From NCBI GenBank assembly GCA_919903055.1, contig CAKKSB010000050.1, positions 1,975 through 44,609 of the forward strand: a DNA stretch of 42,635 nt. The letters are read 5' to 3'. The notes beneath the pieces were generated by a model, which worked only from the letters and a program-made list of their open reading frames with translations, was not told where the DNA came from and searched no databases. Of the stretch, positions 1 through 7,866 are shown in pieces. Within the stretch, counting starts at the first letter, position 1; every line of letters begins with the position of its first letter. A program made the position numbers and the translations under genes. This DNA is from Gammaproteobacteria bacterium (GTDB lineage: Bacteria > Pseudomonadota > Gammaproteobacteria > DRLM01).

Positions 1-1089
1 GCCATAGAAGCCTACGTGAACCTAGGTAGCGTATTTGTTCAAAAACGAATGCCAGGGAAAGCGCGCATTTACTTTGAGAAGGCGTTAGCCATTGATCCGG
101 CAATGACTGTGGCGAAATACAATCTAGGGCAAACGTTCTTGCTGATGGGAGACTTCGAGCGCGGATGGGATTTCTACGAGGCCCGTTTTGCATGGTGGGA
201 ACAAAACGGCGTATCCCGCCCATGCTTTCCTAAGCCTCGCTGGCGGGGGGAGCATCTCCGTTTTAAGACGATACTATTGTGCGCAGAGCAAGGGCTTGGC
301 GATACGCTGCAGTTTATTCGGTATGCACCGCTACTTGCCGGAAAAGGCGCCCGGGTGGTCGTCGAGTGTCAACCGGAACTCGTGACGCTGCTGCGTACAG
401 TACCCGGTATTGACCGGGTGGTGGCCAGAGGCGAGACATTACCTCGGTTCGACCTTTGGTGCCCAATGATGAGCCTGCCGCTCGCCTTCAGGACCGCAGG
501 ATACTCCTCGGTTCCCAACGAGATTCCATACGTCAGAGCGGGCCACGATTCCATAAACGCATGGCAAGCACGGCTAAGCGAGGATGCAGGCACGAAAGTG
601 GGGCTGGTGTGGGCGGGAAATCCTAGAAGTTTCGACCACGATCTGGCGCGGACCGATGCAAGACGAAGTTGCGCGCTCTCGACGTTAACTCCGCTTTTCA
701 GCGTGCCGGGTATACACTTTTACAGTTTGCAGAAAGGGCAAGCGGCCATAGAGGCAAGAAGTGTGGGCGCGCCTCTGAGATTGCAGGACTATACAGAATA
801 TTTCAGCGATTTTGCCGATACGGCAGCTTTCGTGGAAACCCTAGACTTGGTGATTAGCGTAGACACATCTGTTGCTCACCTCGCAGGAGCGATGGGAAAG
901 CCGGTATGGTTATTGTCCAGATACGACGGTTGCTGGCGGTGGTTGATCGACCGCAATGACAGCCCGTGGTACCCCACGATGCGGATATTTCGCCAGACCA
1001 AGGCAGGAGATTGGCATGGCGTCATCGAACACGTGACAATGGAACTACACAAGCACGTGGCAGGCGGCATTCCAGCGAACCGGAAATAA
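1..1089 (+). CDS. TPR-repeat glycosyltransferase (GT9-like C-terminal domain), 5'-truncated by the window edge
   Basis: Frame is open from base 1 (AIEAYVNLG, TPR-like). Motifs EQGLGDTLQFIRY, GLVWAGNP, DLVISVDTSVAHLAGAMGKPVW and SPWYPTMRIFRQ are typical of TPR-GT9 fusion proteins. Confidence 0.85.
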   Translation, partial: AIEAYVNLGSVFVQKRMPGKARIYFEKALAIDPAMTVAKYNLGQTFLLMGDFERGWDFYEARFAWWEQNGVSRPCFPKPRWRGEHLRFKTILLCAEQGLGDTLQFIRYAPLLAGKGARVVVECQPELVTLLRTVPGIDRVVARGETLPRFDLWCPMMSLPLAFRTAGYSSVPNEIPYVRAGHDSINAWQARLSEDAGTKVGLVWAGNPRSFDHDLARTDARRSCALSTLTPLFSVPGIHFYSLQKGQAAIEARSVGAPLRLQDYTEYFSDFADTAAFVETLDLVISVDTSVAHLAGAMGKPVWLLSRYDGCWRWLIDRNDSPWYPTMRIFRQTKAGDWHGVIEHVTMELHKHVAGGIPANRK

Positions 1090-1112
1090 CAGACATCGCC
1101 GCTGTCTAAGGC

Positions 1113-1442
1113 TTATTCCGCCTCGCCGAAACGGTCGCGGATCAACTGCTCCAGCTTGTCCAGGGCCTGTTGTTCATCCTCGCCCTCGGCGGTCAATTCC
1201 AAGGCCGCGTCCTCTTCCATGGCGGGATCAGACAGGTACCCGTGCTGCAGAAAGTAGATTCGCGGCATCCTCTCCAGCCCCTTTGGCCGGCGACCGGCAC
1301 CCCGGGGGTTGGAATAATACGGTTCCAGCCCCTGGGTCAGCTCCTTCCAGGGAATGACCTGATCCATCTCGCCCAGAAATTTTTCTTTGCGCGTCTGCTT
1401 CGTATGCTTCTCAAATCCGCTGCTGAAGCTCTTCTGCCGCAT
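1113..1442 (-). pseudogene. Chimeric remnant: N-terminal ~75 aa of an IS5-family transposase fused in frame to an HPr/NPr-like C-terminal ~30 aa
   Basis: MRQKSFSSGFEKHTKQTRKEKFLGEMDQVIPW...GRRPKGLERMPRIYFLQH..LSDPAMEE matches the IS5 transposase N-terminus, with no DDE domain. LELTAEGEDEQQALDKLEQLIRDRFGEAE* matches the HPr/NPr C-terminus. Confidence 0.75.
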
Positions 1443-1510
1443 CTCTCTTGTCCCCTCTGGTTGGATGCGCCTATGTCTCATGGCTGGAGAATTGATCAGA
1501 GGTTCCTTAA
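1210..1510 (-). mobile_element. Truncated IS5-family element (left end only)
   Basis: The minus strand reads TTAA-GGAACCTCTGATCAATTC (1510-1489), an IS5-type terminal repeat beside a TTAA target, ~65 bp upstream of the transposase ATG. No right end seen. Confidence 0.7.
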
Positions 1511-1545
1511 AAGATTAAATGAAATGATGTGGAAACGTCTTGAGC

Positions 1546-1574
1546 ATGTCATCCATTTGTCATATAACTGCAAC
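1546..1574 (+). promoter_or_regulatory. Pho-box-like triple direct repeat
   Basis: ATGTCAT-CCAT-TTGTCAT-ATAA-CTGCAAC with 11-bp period, compared with the PhoB consensus CTGTCAT-A(A/T)A(T/A)-CTGTCA(C/T). No good -10 at the 10-bp position. Confidence 0.6.
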
Positions 1575-1687
1575 CTGTATACATTACCGGCCGCTGTTTT
1601 CTTAATCCCGCAATGCGGTAATGGTAAGTTACTTTCTTGCCAGCATAAGTTCAGCGCGCGCTCGCACTACAAACAAAATGTATATCT

Positions 1688-1721
1688 TTGTCATCAAGCT
1701 GAAATAGCCAAGAGCTAGATT
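1688..1721 (+). promoter_or_regulatory. PhoB-type promoter for the wecG-xrtD operon
   Basis: TTGTCAT-CAAG-CTGAAAT, exactly 10 nt, then TAGATT (1716-1721). Confidence 0.6.
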
Positions 1722-1800
1722 ACTCCCACATCCGAACACAAGAGCGAGATTGCTTGTTGAAGAAGCGATGTCGTCGTGAGTTTAATGCGGGGGGTTGACA

Positions 1801-2568
1801 ATGATGAAACGTAATGTGGGACTGTTGTTGGAAGTGGCGATTGATAGAAAGCCGCTGGATCAATTGCTGGAGGATGCTACCGCAGCAGTGACCCGGCGCG
1901 GCGGCAAGGTGGTGTTTGCTTGCGCTAATCCTCATTCGCTAGTGACGGCACAGCAGGATACCGAATTTTTACTTGCACTCAATCGTGCCAGCCATGTGGT
2001 GGCGGACGGTATCGGCGTCTCGCTGATGGCAAAAATGGCGGGTATAAATGTAGGCCCACGCATCACCGGCAGTGATTTCTTTTGGGGACTTATGAAGACT
2101 CTCGAAGATCGCGGTGGCGGCCGGGCGTTCTTCTTCGGTTCTTCGCGCAAGGTGTTGGCGTTGATCAGTGAGCGCTGCGCGCGCGATTTTCCCCGCGTGA
2201 CTTTGTGCGGCGTGTTGTCGCCCCCTTATCGAATCTGGTCGCCGGAAGAAAATGCCGCGATGCTGACGCAGATCAACGCCGCGCGCCCGGATGTATTGTG
2301 GGTGGGTTTGACCGCGCCCAAGCAGGAAAAATGGGTGGAGGCTAACAGCGGTAAACTGGATGTGTCGGTGATCGCTTCGGTCGGCGCGGTGTTCGATTTT
2401 TATGCCGGCACTTATCCGCGGGCACCGGAATGGATATGTCGTTTTGGGATGGAGTGGTTTTATCGCCTGTTCAAGGAACCGCAACGGATGTGGCGGCGAA
2501 ATTTTGTTTCATCGCCGTTGTTCGTGTTGATGGTGTTACGTCGCCATCTTCTGCGGCTACCGTTTTAA
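1801..2568 (+). CDS. WecB/TagA/CpsF (WecG-like) glycosyltransferase
   Basis: Motifs ANPHS, VADGIGV, RITGSD, DVLWVGLTAPKQEKW, VGAVFDF and GMEWFYRLFKEPQRMWRR. Confidence 0.92.
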   Translation: MMKRNVGLLLEVAIDRKPLDQLLEDATAAVTRRGGKVVFACANPHSLVTAQQDTEFLLALNRASHVVADGIGVSLMAKMAGINVGPRITGSDFFWGLMKTLEDRGGGRAFFFGSSRKVLALISERCARDFPRVTLCGVLSPPYRIWSPEENAAMLTQINAARPDVLWVGLTAPKQEKWVEANSGKLDVSVIASVGAVFDFYAGTYPRAPEWICRFGMEWFYRLFKEPQRMWRRNFVSSPLFVLMVLRRHLLRLPF

Positions 2569-2590
2569 GCCAAGATTGTTTACGAACCCC

Positions 2591-4165
2591 ATGTCAGCGA
2601 TTTTGATCCCCACTCTTTCACGCTTGTCACGCTCGGCGATTTTATTGTGGAGCGGCATCGCGGTTTTCGTCGTCCTGATGTATTGGGACGGCCTTGCCTA
2701 TCTGGTCGAGCAATGGCTATCGCAGGAAGAATACAGCCACGGTTTTCTAATTCCGGTAATCGCTGTCTATTTGTTGTGGCAGAACAAGGATGCCTTGCAG
2801 AAGCTGGAATGCCGTGGTTCCTGGTGGGGCGTCGCGGTGGTAACCGCCGGACTCGGCCTGTTTCTGATCGGTGAACTCAGCACGCTTTATATACTTATTC
2901 AATATTCCTTGCTGATCGTGTTGGCGGGATTGGTGATTACCTTCGCCGGTTTGGCGGGGCTGCGCGCCACCTGGGTACCGTTGATCGTGATGTTGCTGAT
3001 GATTCCTCTCCCAAATTTTCTTTATCAGGGTCTGTCCAGCCAGCTGCAGTTGATTTCCTCGGAGTTGGGCGTGGCGGTCATACGTTTTTGCGGCGTCAGT
3101 GTATTCCTCGAGGGCAATGTCATCGATCTCGGCGCCATGAAACTGCAAGTGGCGGAGGCGTGCAACGGACTGCGTTATCTGTTTCCGCTGTTCACGGTCA
3201 GTTTCATCTTGGCTTATATGTTCCGCGCTCCGATCTGGATGCGTCTACTGGTGTTCGTGTCCGCCTTGCCCATCACCGTGTTAATGAATAGCTTCCGCAT
3301 CGGCGCCATCGGTGTGCTGGTGGAGCGCTGGGGACCGGCCATGGCGGAAGGTTTTCTCCACGACTTCGAAGGCTGGGTCGTGTTCATGTTGAGCATGCTG
3401 GTATTGTTGGCGGAGATGTGGTTGCTGGCGCGTCTCGCCGGTGATCGTCGCCCTTTGAACGATGTGATAGGGCTGACTTGGCCCGCGCCGAGTCCCAGGG
3501 ATGCCGCGGTGACTTATCGCAACGCGCCTTTGCCTTTTATGGTGGTGGCGGGTTTGCTGGTGTCAGTGATGGTGGTGGCGGTGAGTTTGCCGACACGGGC
3601 GGAGATTATCCCCAGTCGGCAATCCTTCAGCGAGTTTCCCACTCAGCTCGCGGGTTGGCAGGGACATACCGAGCGCCTGGAGCAGGTTTTCATCGACGTG
3701 CTGAAGTTCGATGATTATCTTTTGGCCGACTTTGCCAAAGGCGACGAGGCGGTGAACCTGTATGCGGCCTATTATGCCTCGCAGCGCAAAGGCGAATCGG
3801 CCCATTCACCGCGTTCCTGCATCCCCGGTGGCGGCTGGGAGATTCGCGATCACAGTACTAGACCGATCGCCGGCGCGCAGGTGGCTGGCGCGGCGCTTGA
3901 AGTGAATCGGGTGCTGATCCAAAAGGGCGAGACCCGCCAATTGGTATATTACTGGTTCCAGCAGCGCGGCCGGGTCATCACCAACGAATATCTCGTGAAG
4001 TGGTATTTGTTTTGGGATGCGCTCACCCGCAATCGCAGCGACGGCACGCTGATACGTCTGACCACCATGCTCGAGCCTGGTGAAGAATTGGGCGTGGGCG
4101 ATCGCCGCTTGACCGACTTCGCCCGCACCCTGGTGCCGGAATTACATCCCTTCGTGCCTGACTAG
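2591..4165 (+). CDS. xrtD: Exosortase D (VPLPA-CTERM-specific) with C-terminal EpsI domain
   Basis: Multi-TM protein with EYSHGFLIP, catalytic VAEACNGLRY, NSFRI and FLHDFEGW. EpsI motifs HSPRSCIPGGGW and YYWFQQRGR. VPLPA-type substrates lie downstream. Confidence 0.9.
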   Translation: MSAILIPTLSRLSRSAILLWSGIAVFVVLMYWDGLAYLVEQWLSQEEYSHGFLIPVIAVYLLWQNKDALQKLECRGSWWGVAVVTAGLGLFLIGELSTLYILIQYSLLIVLAGLVITFAGLAGLRATWVPLIVMLLMIPLPNFLYQGLSSQLQLISSELGVAVIRFCGVSVFLEGNVIDLGAMKLQVAEACNGLRYLFPLFTVSFILAYMFRAPIWMRLLVFVSALPITVLMNSFRIGAIGVLVERWGPAMAEGFLHDFEGWVVFMLSMLVLLAEMWLLARLAGDRRPLNDVIGLTWPAPSPRDAAVTYRNAPLPFMVVAGLLVSVMVVAVSLPTRAEIIPSRQSFSEFPTQLAGWQGHTERLEQVFIDVLKFDDYLLADFAKGDEAVNLYAAYYASQRKGESAHSPRSCIPGGGWEIRDHSTRPIAGAQVAGAALEVNRVLIQKGETRQLVYYWFQQRGRVITNEYLVKWYLFWDALTRNRSDGTLIRLTTMLEPGEELGVGDRRLTDFARTLVPELHPFVPD

Positions 4166-4175
4166 GGCCTGGGCC

Positions 4176-5765
4176 GTGATTCTGTTTTTCAGTTTTCTCA
4201 TCGCCATGCTGGTGACCATGATTTTGATTCCGCCGTTGATGCGGGTCGCGGCGCGGCTGCACATCGTCGATTTGCCCAACGACCGCAAGGTGCACACCGC
4301 GGCCATACCGCGGGTCGGCGGGGTGGCCATGGTGGTGGGCGCGGTGTTGCCATTGTTATTGTGGTTGTTGCCCCTGCCGGAGGTGATGGGCCTGTTGCTG
4401 GGCATGGGCGTGATTCTGGCCTTCGGGGTATGGGACGATCGCGCCGATCTCGATTACCGTCTTAAATTCGCCGGCCAGTGTCTCGCCGCGGTCATCGTAT
4501 GGTGGGCGGGGGCGCGGGTGGAGGCCTTGCCGTGGATCGGCGCGTTGACGCCGCTTTGGTCGTTGGGTTTCACGGTGCTGGCCTTGCTGGCGATCACCAA
4601 TGCGGTGAATCTCGCCGACGGTCTCGACGGCCTGGCCGGTGGCAGCACCTTGCTGAGTCTCACCGCCATCGCCGTGCTCGGTTATATGGCGGGACAGGTA
4701 GCGGTGGTACTGATCGCGCTGGCGGTGATGGGCAGCATTTTGGGATTCTTGCGTTTCAACACGCACCCGGCGCAAGTGTTCATGGGTGACGCCGGCAGTC
4801 AGTTTCTGGGTTTCGCCACCGGTGTACTGGCCATCTTTCTCACGCAAGGAGAGAATAGCCTGTACAGTCTCAGCTTGCCTATCCTGCTGCTGGGCCTGCC
4901 TATCCTGGATACGGCGCTGGTGATGATACAACGCCTCCGTGAAGGGCGCTCGCCTTTTTCACCTGATAAAAATCATATCCATCATCGCCTGTTGGCCGCG
5001 GGATTCGATCATTATCAGGCGGTGTTCGTCATTTACATCGTGCAGGCGCTCTTAGTCATCGCCGCTTATTATCTGCGTAATGCTTCCGACACGCTGATCC
5101 TGTTGTGTTATGCCGTTTGTTGTACCGTGATAATAGCGGCCGTTACATGGGCGGGCGCCCGTCCGCGGCGGGCGCGGGCGATGCCGGCGCTTTTGAAGGC
5201 CTGGGGGTTTCCTGGCGAACGGGTGGTGCGCTGGGGCGCGCTGACCGCCGCATTTTCCATCCCCCTTTATTTGGCAGCGGGTAATTTGCGTGCCGACGCG
5301 CCCAGCGCCGATCTGGTCTGGCTGGCGGGTGGCTTGATGAGTCTGCTGGCCCTGTGGTGGTGGTGGTGGTGCGGCCAGCCCATCAATTGGTTGGAGCGAG
5401 GCGGGATTTATCTGGCCGCCGCCCTGACGCTCTATTTGGCGCAGCGGGCGGGAGCGGCCGGTCTCTGGATGATTCTTAGCGACATCTATTTCGCACTGCT
5501 GGCGGTGACGGTGGTGATCGCCTTCCGTTGCGCGCGCGATCAGCGTTTCGTCGCCACGCCCCTGGATTTTCTGGTGGTGTTTCTCGCGGTGGTCTTGCCC
5601 CAGGTGCCGGGTCTCGAAATCGGGTATGCCCAAGATCTTACCCGCCTGATGGTCTTGTTCTATGCCCTCGAGTTGGTCCTCACTCAATTACAGGCGCGCT
5701 ATGATCTGGTGCGCGCCGCGGCTTGCGTGCTGTTGTGTTTGCCGCTACTACGCCTGTTTATGTAA
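4176..5765 (+). CDS. WecA/TagO/MraY-family polyprenyl-phosphate HexNAc-1-P transferase with an extra C-terminal membrane domain
   Basis: Motifs DLPNDRKVH, PRVGG, GVWDDR, NAVNLADGLDGLAGG, FMGDAGS and DKNHIHHRL, followed by a ~200-aa hydrophobic extension. Confidence 0.88.
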   Translation: MILFFSFLIAMLVTMILIPPLMRVAARLHIVDLPNDRKVHTAAIPRVGGVAMVVGAVLPLLLWLLPLPEVMGLLLGMGVILAFGVWDDRADLDYRLKFAGQCLAAVIVWWAGARVEALPWIGALTPLWSLGFTVLALLAITNAVNLADGLDGLAGGSTLLSLTAIAVLGYMAGQVAVVLIALAVMGSILGFLRFNTHPAQVFMGDAGSQFLGFATGVLAIFLTQGENSLYSLSLPILLLGLPILDTALVMIQRLREGRSPFSPDKNHIHHRLLAAGFDHYQAVFVIYIVQALLVIAAYYLRNASDTLILLCYAVCCTVIIAAVTWAGARPRRARAMPALLKAWGFPGERVVRWGALTAAFSIPLYLAAGNLRADAPSADLVWLAGGLMSLLALWWWWWCGQPINWLERGGIYLAAALTLYLAQRAGAAGLWMILSDIYFALLAVTVVIAFRCARDQRFVATPLDFLVVFLAVVLPQVPGLEIGYAQDLTRLMVLFYALELVLTQLQARYDLVRAAACVLLCLPLLRLFM

Positions 5766-5793
5766 TCGAATTGTAAACATGAACCGGTAAAGT
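5760..5793 (+). promoter_or_regulatory. PhoB-type internal promoter upstream of gmd
   Basis: ATGTAAT-CGAA-TTGTAAA, exactly 10 nt, then TAAAGT (5788-5793). Confidence 0.55.
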
Positions 5794-5827
5794 GAGTCAC
5801 CTTGATTCAAGCCGGTGTCTTCTTCTA

Positions 5828-6913
5828 ATGAATAAAAAAGCTTTAATCACCGGGGTGACCGGCCAGGACGGCGCCTATCTCGCCGAATTTCTGCTGCAAC
5901 AGGGTTATGAGGTACACGGCGTCAAGCGCCGCAGTTCGCTATTCAATACCGACCGTATCGACCATCTGTATCAAGACCCGCATGTGAGCGATCGCCGTTT
6001 CATCCTCCATTACGGCGACATGACCGACAGCAGCAGCCTGATCCGAATCATGCAACGGGTGCAACCGGACGAAGTATATAACCTGGCGGCGCAGAGTCAC
6101 GTGGCGGTGTCCTTCGAAGAACCTGAATACACCGCCAATGCCGACGCCTTAGGGACGCTGCGTCTACTGGAAGCCATCCGTATCCTCGGTCTGGAGAAAA
6201 AGACTCGTTTCTATCAAGCGTCATCCTCGGAATTGTACGGGCTCGTGCAGGAAACGCCGCAGCGGGAGACCACGCCTTTTTACCCGCGTTCGCCCTACGC
6301 AGTGGCCAAACTCTACGCCTATTGGATTACGGTGAATTATCGCGAGGCCTACGCCATCTATGCCTGTAACGGCATTTTGTTCAATCACGAATCGCCATTG
6401 CGCGGAGAGACTTTCGTCACCCGCAAGATCACCCGCGGTCTGGCGCGGGTGAAACTGGGACTGCAGGAATGCGTATATCTCGGCAATCTCAACGCCCGGC
6501 GCGATTGGGGCCATGCCCGCGACTATGTGGTCATGCAATGGTTGATGCTGCAACAAGAGCGGCCCGAGGATTATGTGATCGCCAGCGGTGAACAGCATAG
6601 CGTACGCGATTTCGTCGATGCCACCGCCGCCGCTCTCGACATGAAGATTTATTGGGAAAGCCAAGGTATCACCGAGTGCGGTTACGACGAACACGGTCTG
6701 TGCGTGGTCGCGGTGGATCCGCGTTATTTCCGTCCCACCGAGGTGGAGACTTTGTTGGGTGACGCCCGCAAGGCGCGTGAACAACTGGCTTGGCAACCGC
6801 AAGTGTCTTTTCAAAAATTAGTGGAGGAGATGGCTCATGCCGACCTCGAATTGGCGGAGCGCGACGCGCTGTGCCGCCGGGAAGGTTACCGTGTTTTTGA
6901 TTACCGGGAATGA
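5828..6913 (+). CDS. gmd: GDP-mannose 4,6-dehydratase
   Basis: Motifs [52 protein letters not shown] and YFRPTEV. Confidence 0.97.
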   Translation: MNKKALITGVTGQDGAYLAEFLLQQGYEVHGVKRRSSLFNTDRIDHLYQDPHVSDRRFILHYGDMTDSSSLIRIMQRVQPDEVYNLAAQSHVAVSFEEPEYTANADALGTLRLLEAIRILGLEKKTRFYQASSSELYGLVQETPQRETTPFYPRSPYAVAKLYAYWITVNYREAYAIYACNGILFNHESPLRGETFVTRKITRGLARVKLGLQECVYLGNLNARRDWGHARDYVVMQWLMLQQERPEDYVIASGEQHSVRDFVDATAAALDMKIYWESQGITECGYDEHGLCVVAVDPRYFRPTEVETLLGDARKAREQLAWQPQVSFQKLVEEMAHADLELAERDALCRREGYRVFDYRE

Positions 6914-7861
6914 ATGAACATGGAACGTGACGCCCGTATTTATGTAACCGGCCACAATGGCTTGGTAGGTTCCGCCTTGGTGAGGGAATTGCAAAGACGC
7001 GGTTATGGCGATCTCATCCTTGCCGATCGTGCCCAGCTGGATCTGCGCGAGCAGACCGCGGTGCGGAAATTCTTTCGCGAAACTCGGCCAAATTATGTGT
7101 TTGTCGCGGCGGGCAAGGTGGGGGGCATTCTGGCGAATGACAGTTACCCGGCGGATTTCATTTACGACAATCTGATGATCGCCGCCAATCTAATTCATAG
7201 CGCCTACGAAAGGAATGTAAGAAAACTGCTTTATCTGGGCAGTTCCTGCGTCTACCCCAAGTACGCGCCTCAACCCATGTGTGAAGAGGATTTGCTGAGC
7301 GGGCCGTTGGAACCGACTAACCAGTGGTATGCGGTGGCCAAGATCGCCGGCATCAAGCTCTGTCAGGCTTATCGCCGCCAGCACGGCTGTAGTTATATCG
7401 CCGCCATGCCCACCAATCTCTACGGCCCCTACGATAATTTCAATCTCAACACCTCGCATGTATTGCCGGCCCTGCTGCGGAAATTTCACGAGGCCAAGCT
7501 TGCCGACGCCAGACAAGTGACGGTATGGGGCACCGGCAAACCGCGCCGCGAGTTCTGCCATGTCGATGATTGCGTCGCCGCCTGTCTGCACCTGATGGAT
7601 GTTTATGATAGTGAAGAGATCGTCAACATTGGTGCGGAGAGCGACATCAGCATTCGTGAATTGGCGGAGCTGGTTCAAGACATCGTCGGTTTCCAAGGTG
7701 AGATCGTCTTCGATACCGGCCGTCCCGACGGTTCGCCGGTTAAACGGATGGACACCAGCGTCATCAACGCTCTGGGATGGCATACCGCCATTGAACTGGA
7801 ACAGGGCATACGCGCGACCTACGACTGGTACGTGCGCCACAAAGCGGATCACAGAGGATAA
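6914..7861 (+). CDS. fcl: GDP-L-fucose synthase
   Basis: Motifs GHNGLVGSA, KVGGILAN, LGSSCVYP, YAVAKIAG, PTNLYGP, SHVLPAL and WGTGKPRREF; abuts gmd. Confidence 0.96.
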   Translation: MNMERDARIYVTGHNGLVGSALVRELQRRGYGDLILADRAQLDLREQTAVRKFFRETRPNYVFVAAGKVGGILANDSYPADFIYDNLMIAANLIHSAYERNVRKLLYLGSSCVYPKYAPQPMCEEDLLSGPLEPTNQWYAVAKIAGIKLCQAYRRQHGCSYIAAMPTNLYGPYDNFNLNTSHVLPALLRKFHEAKLADARQVTVWGTGKPRREFCHVDDCVAACLHLMDVYDSEEIVNIGAESDISIRELAELVQDIVGFQGEIVFDTGRPDGSPVKRMDTSVINALGWHTAIELEQGIRATYDWYVRHKADHRG

Positions 7862-7866
7862 ACAGG

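Noticed and set aside
1170-1718. 182-aa plus-strand ORF
   Set aside because: Antisense to the IS remnant and runs through promoter DNA; no recognisable motifs.
5355-5369. (TGG)5 run encoding WWWWW as a phase-variation tract
   Set aside because: A short triplet repeat; slippage would keep the frame, and it lies in a membrane segment.
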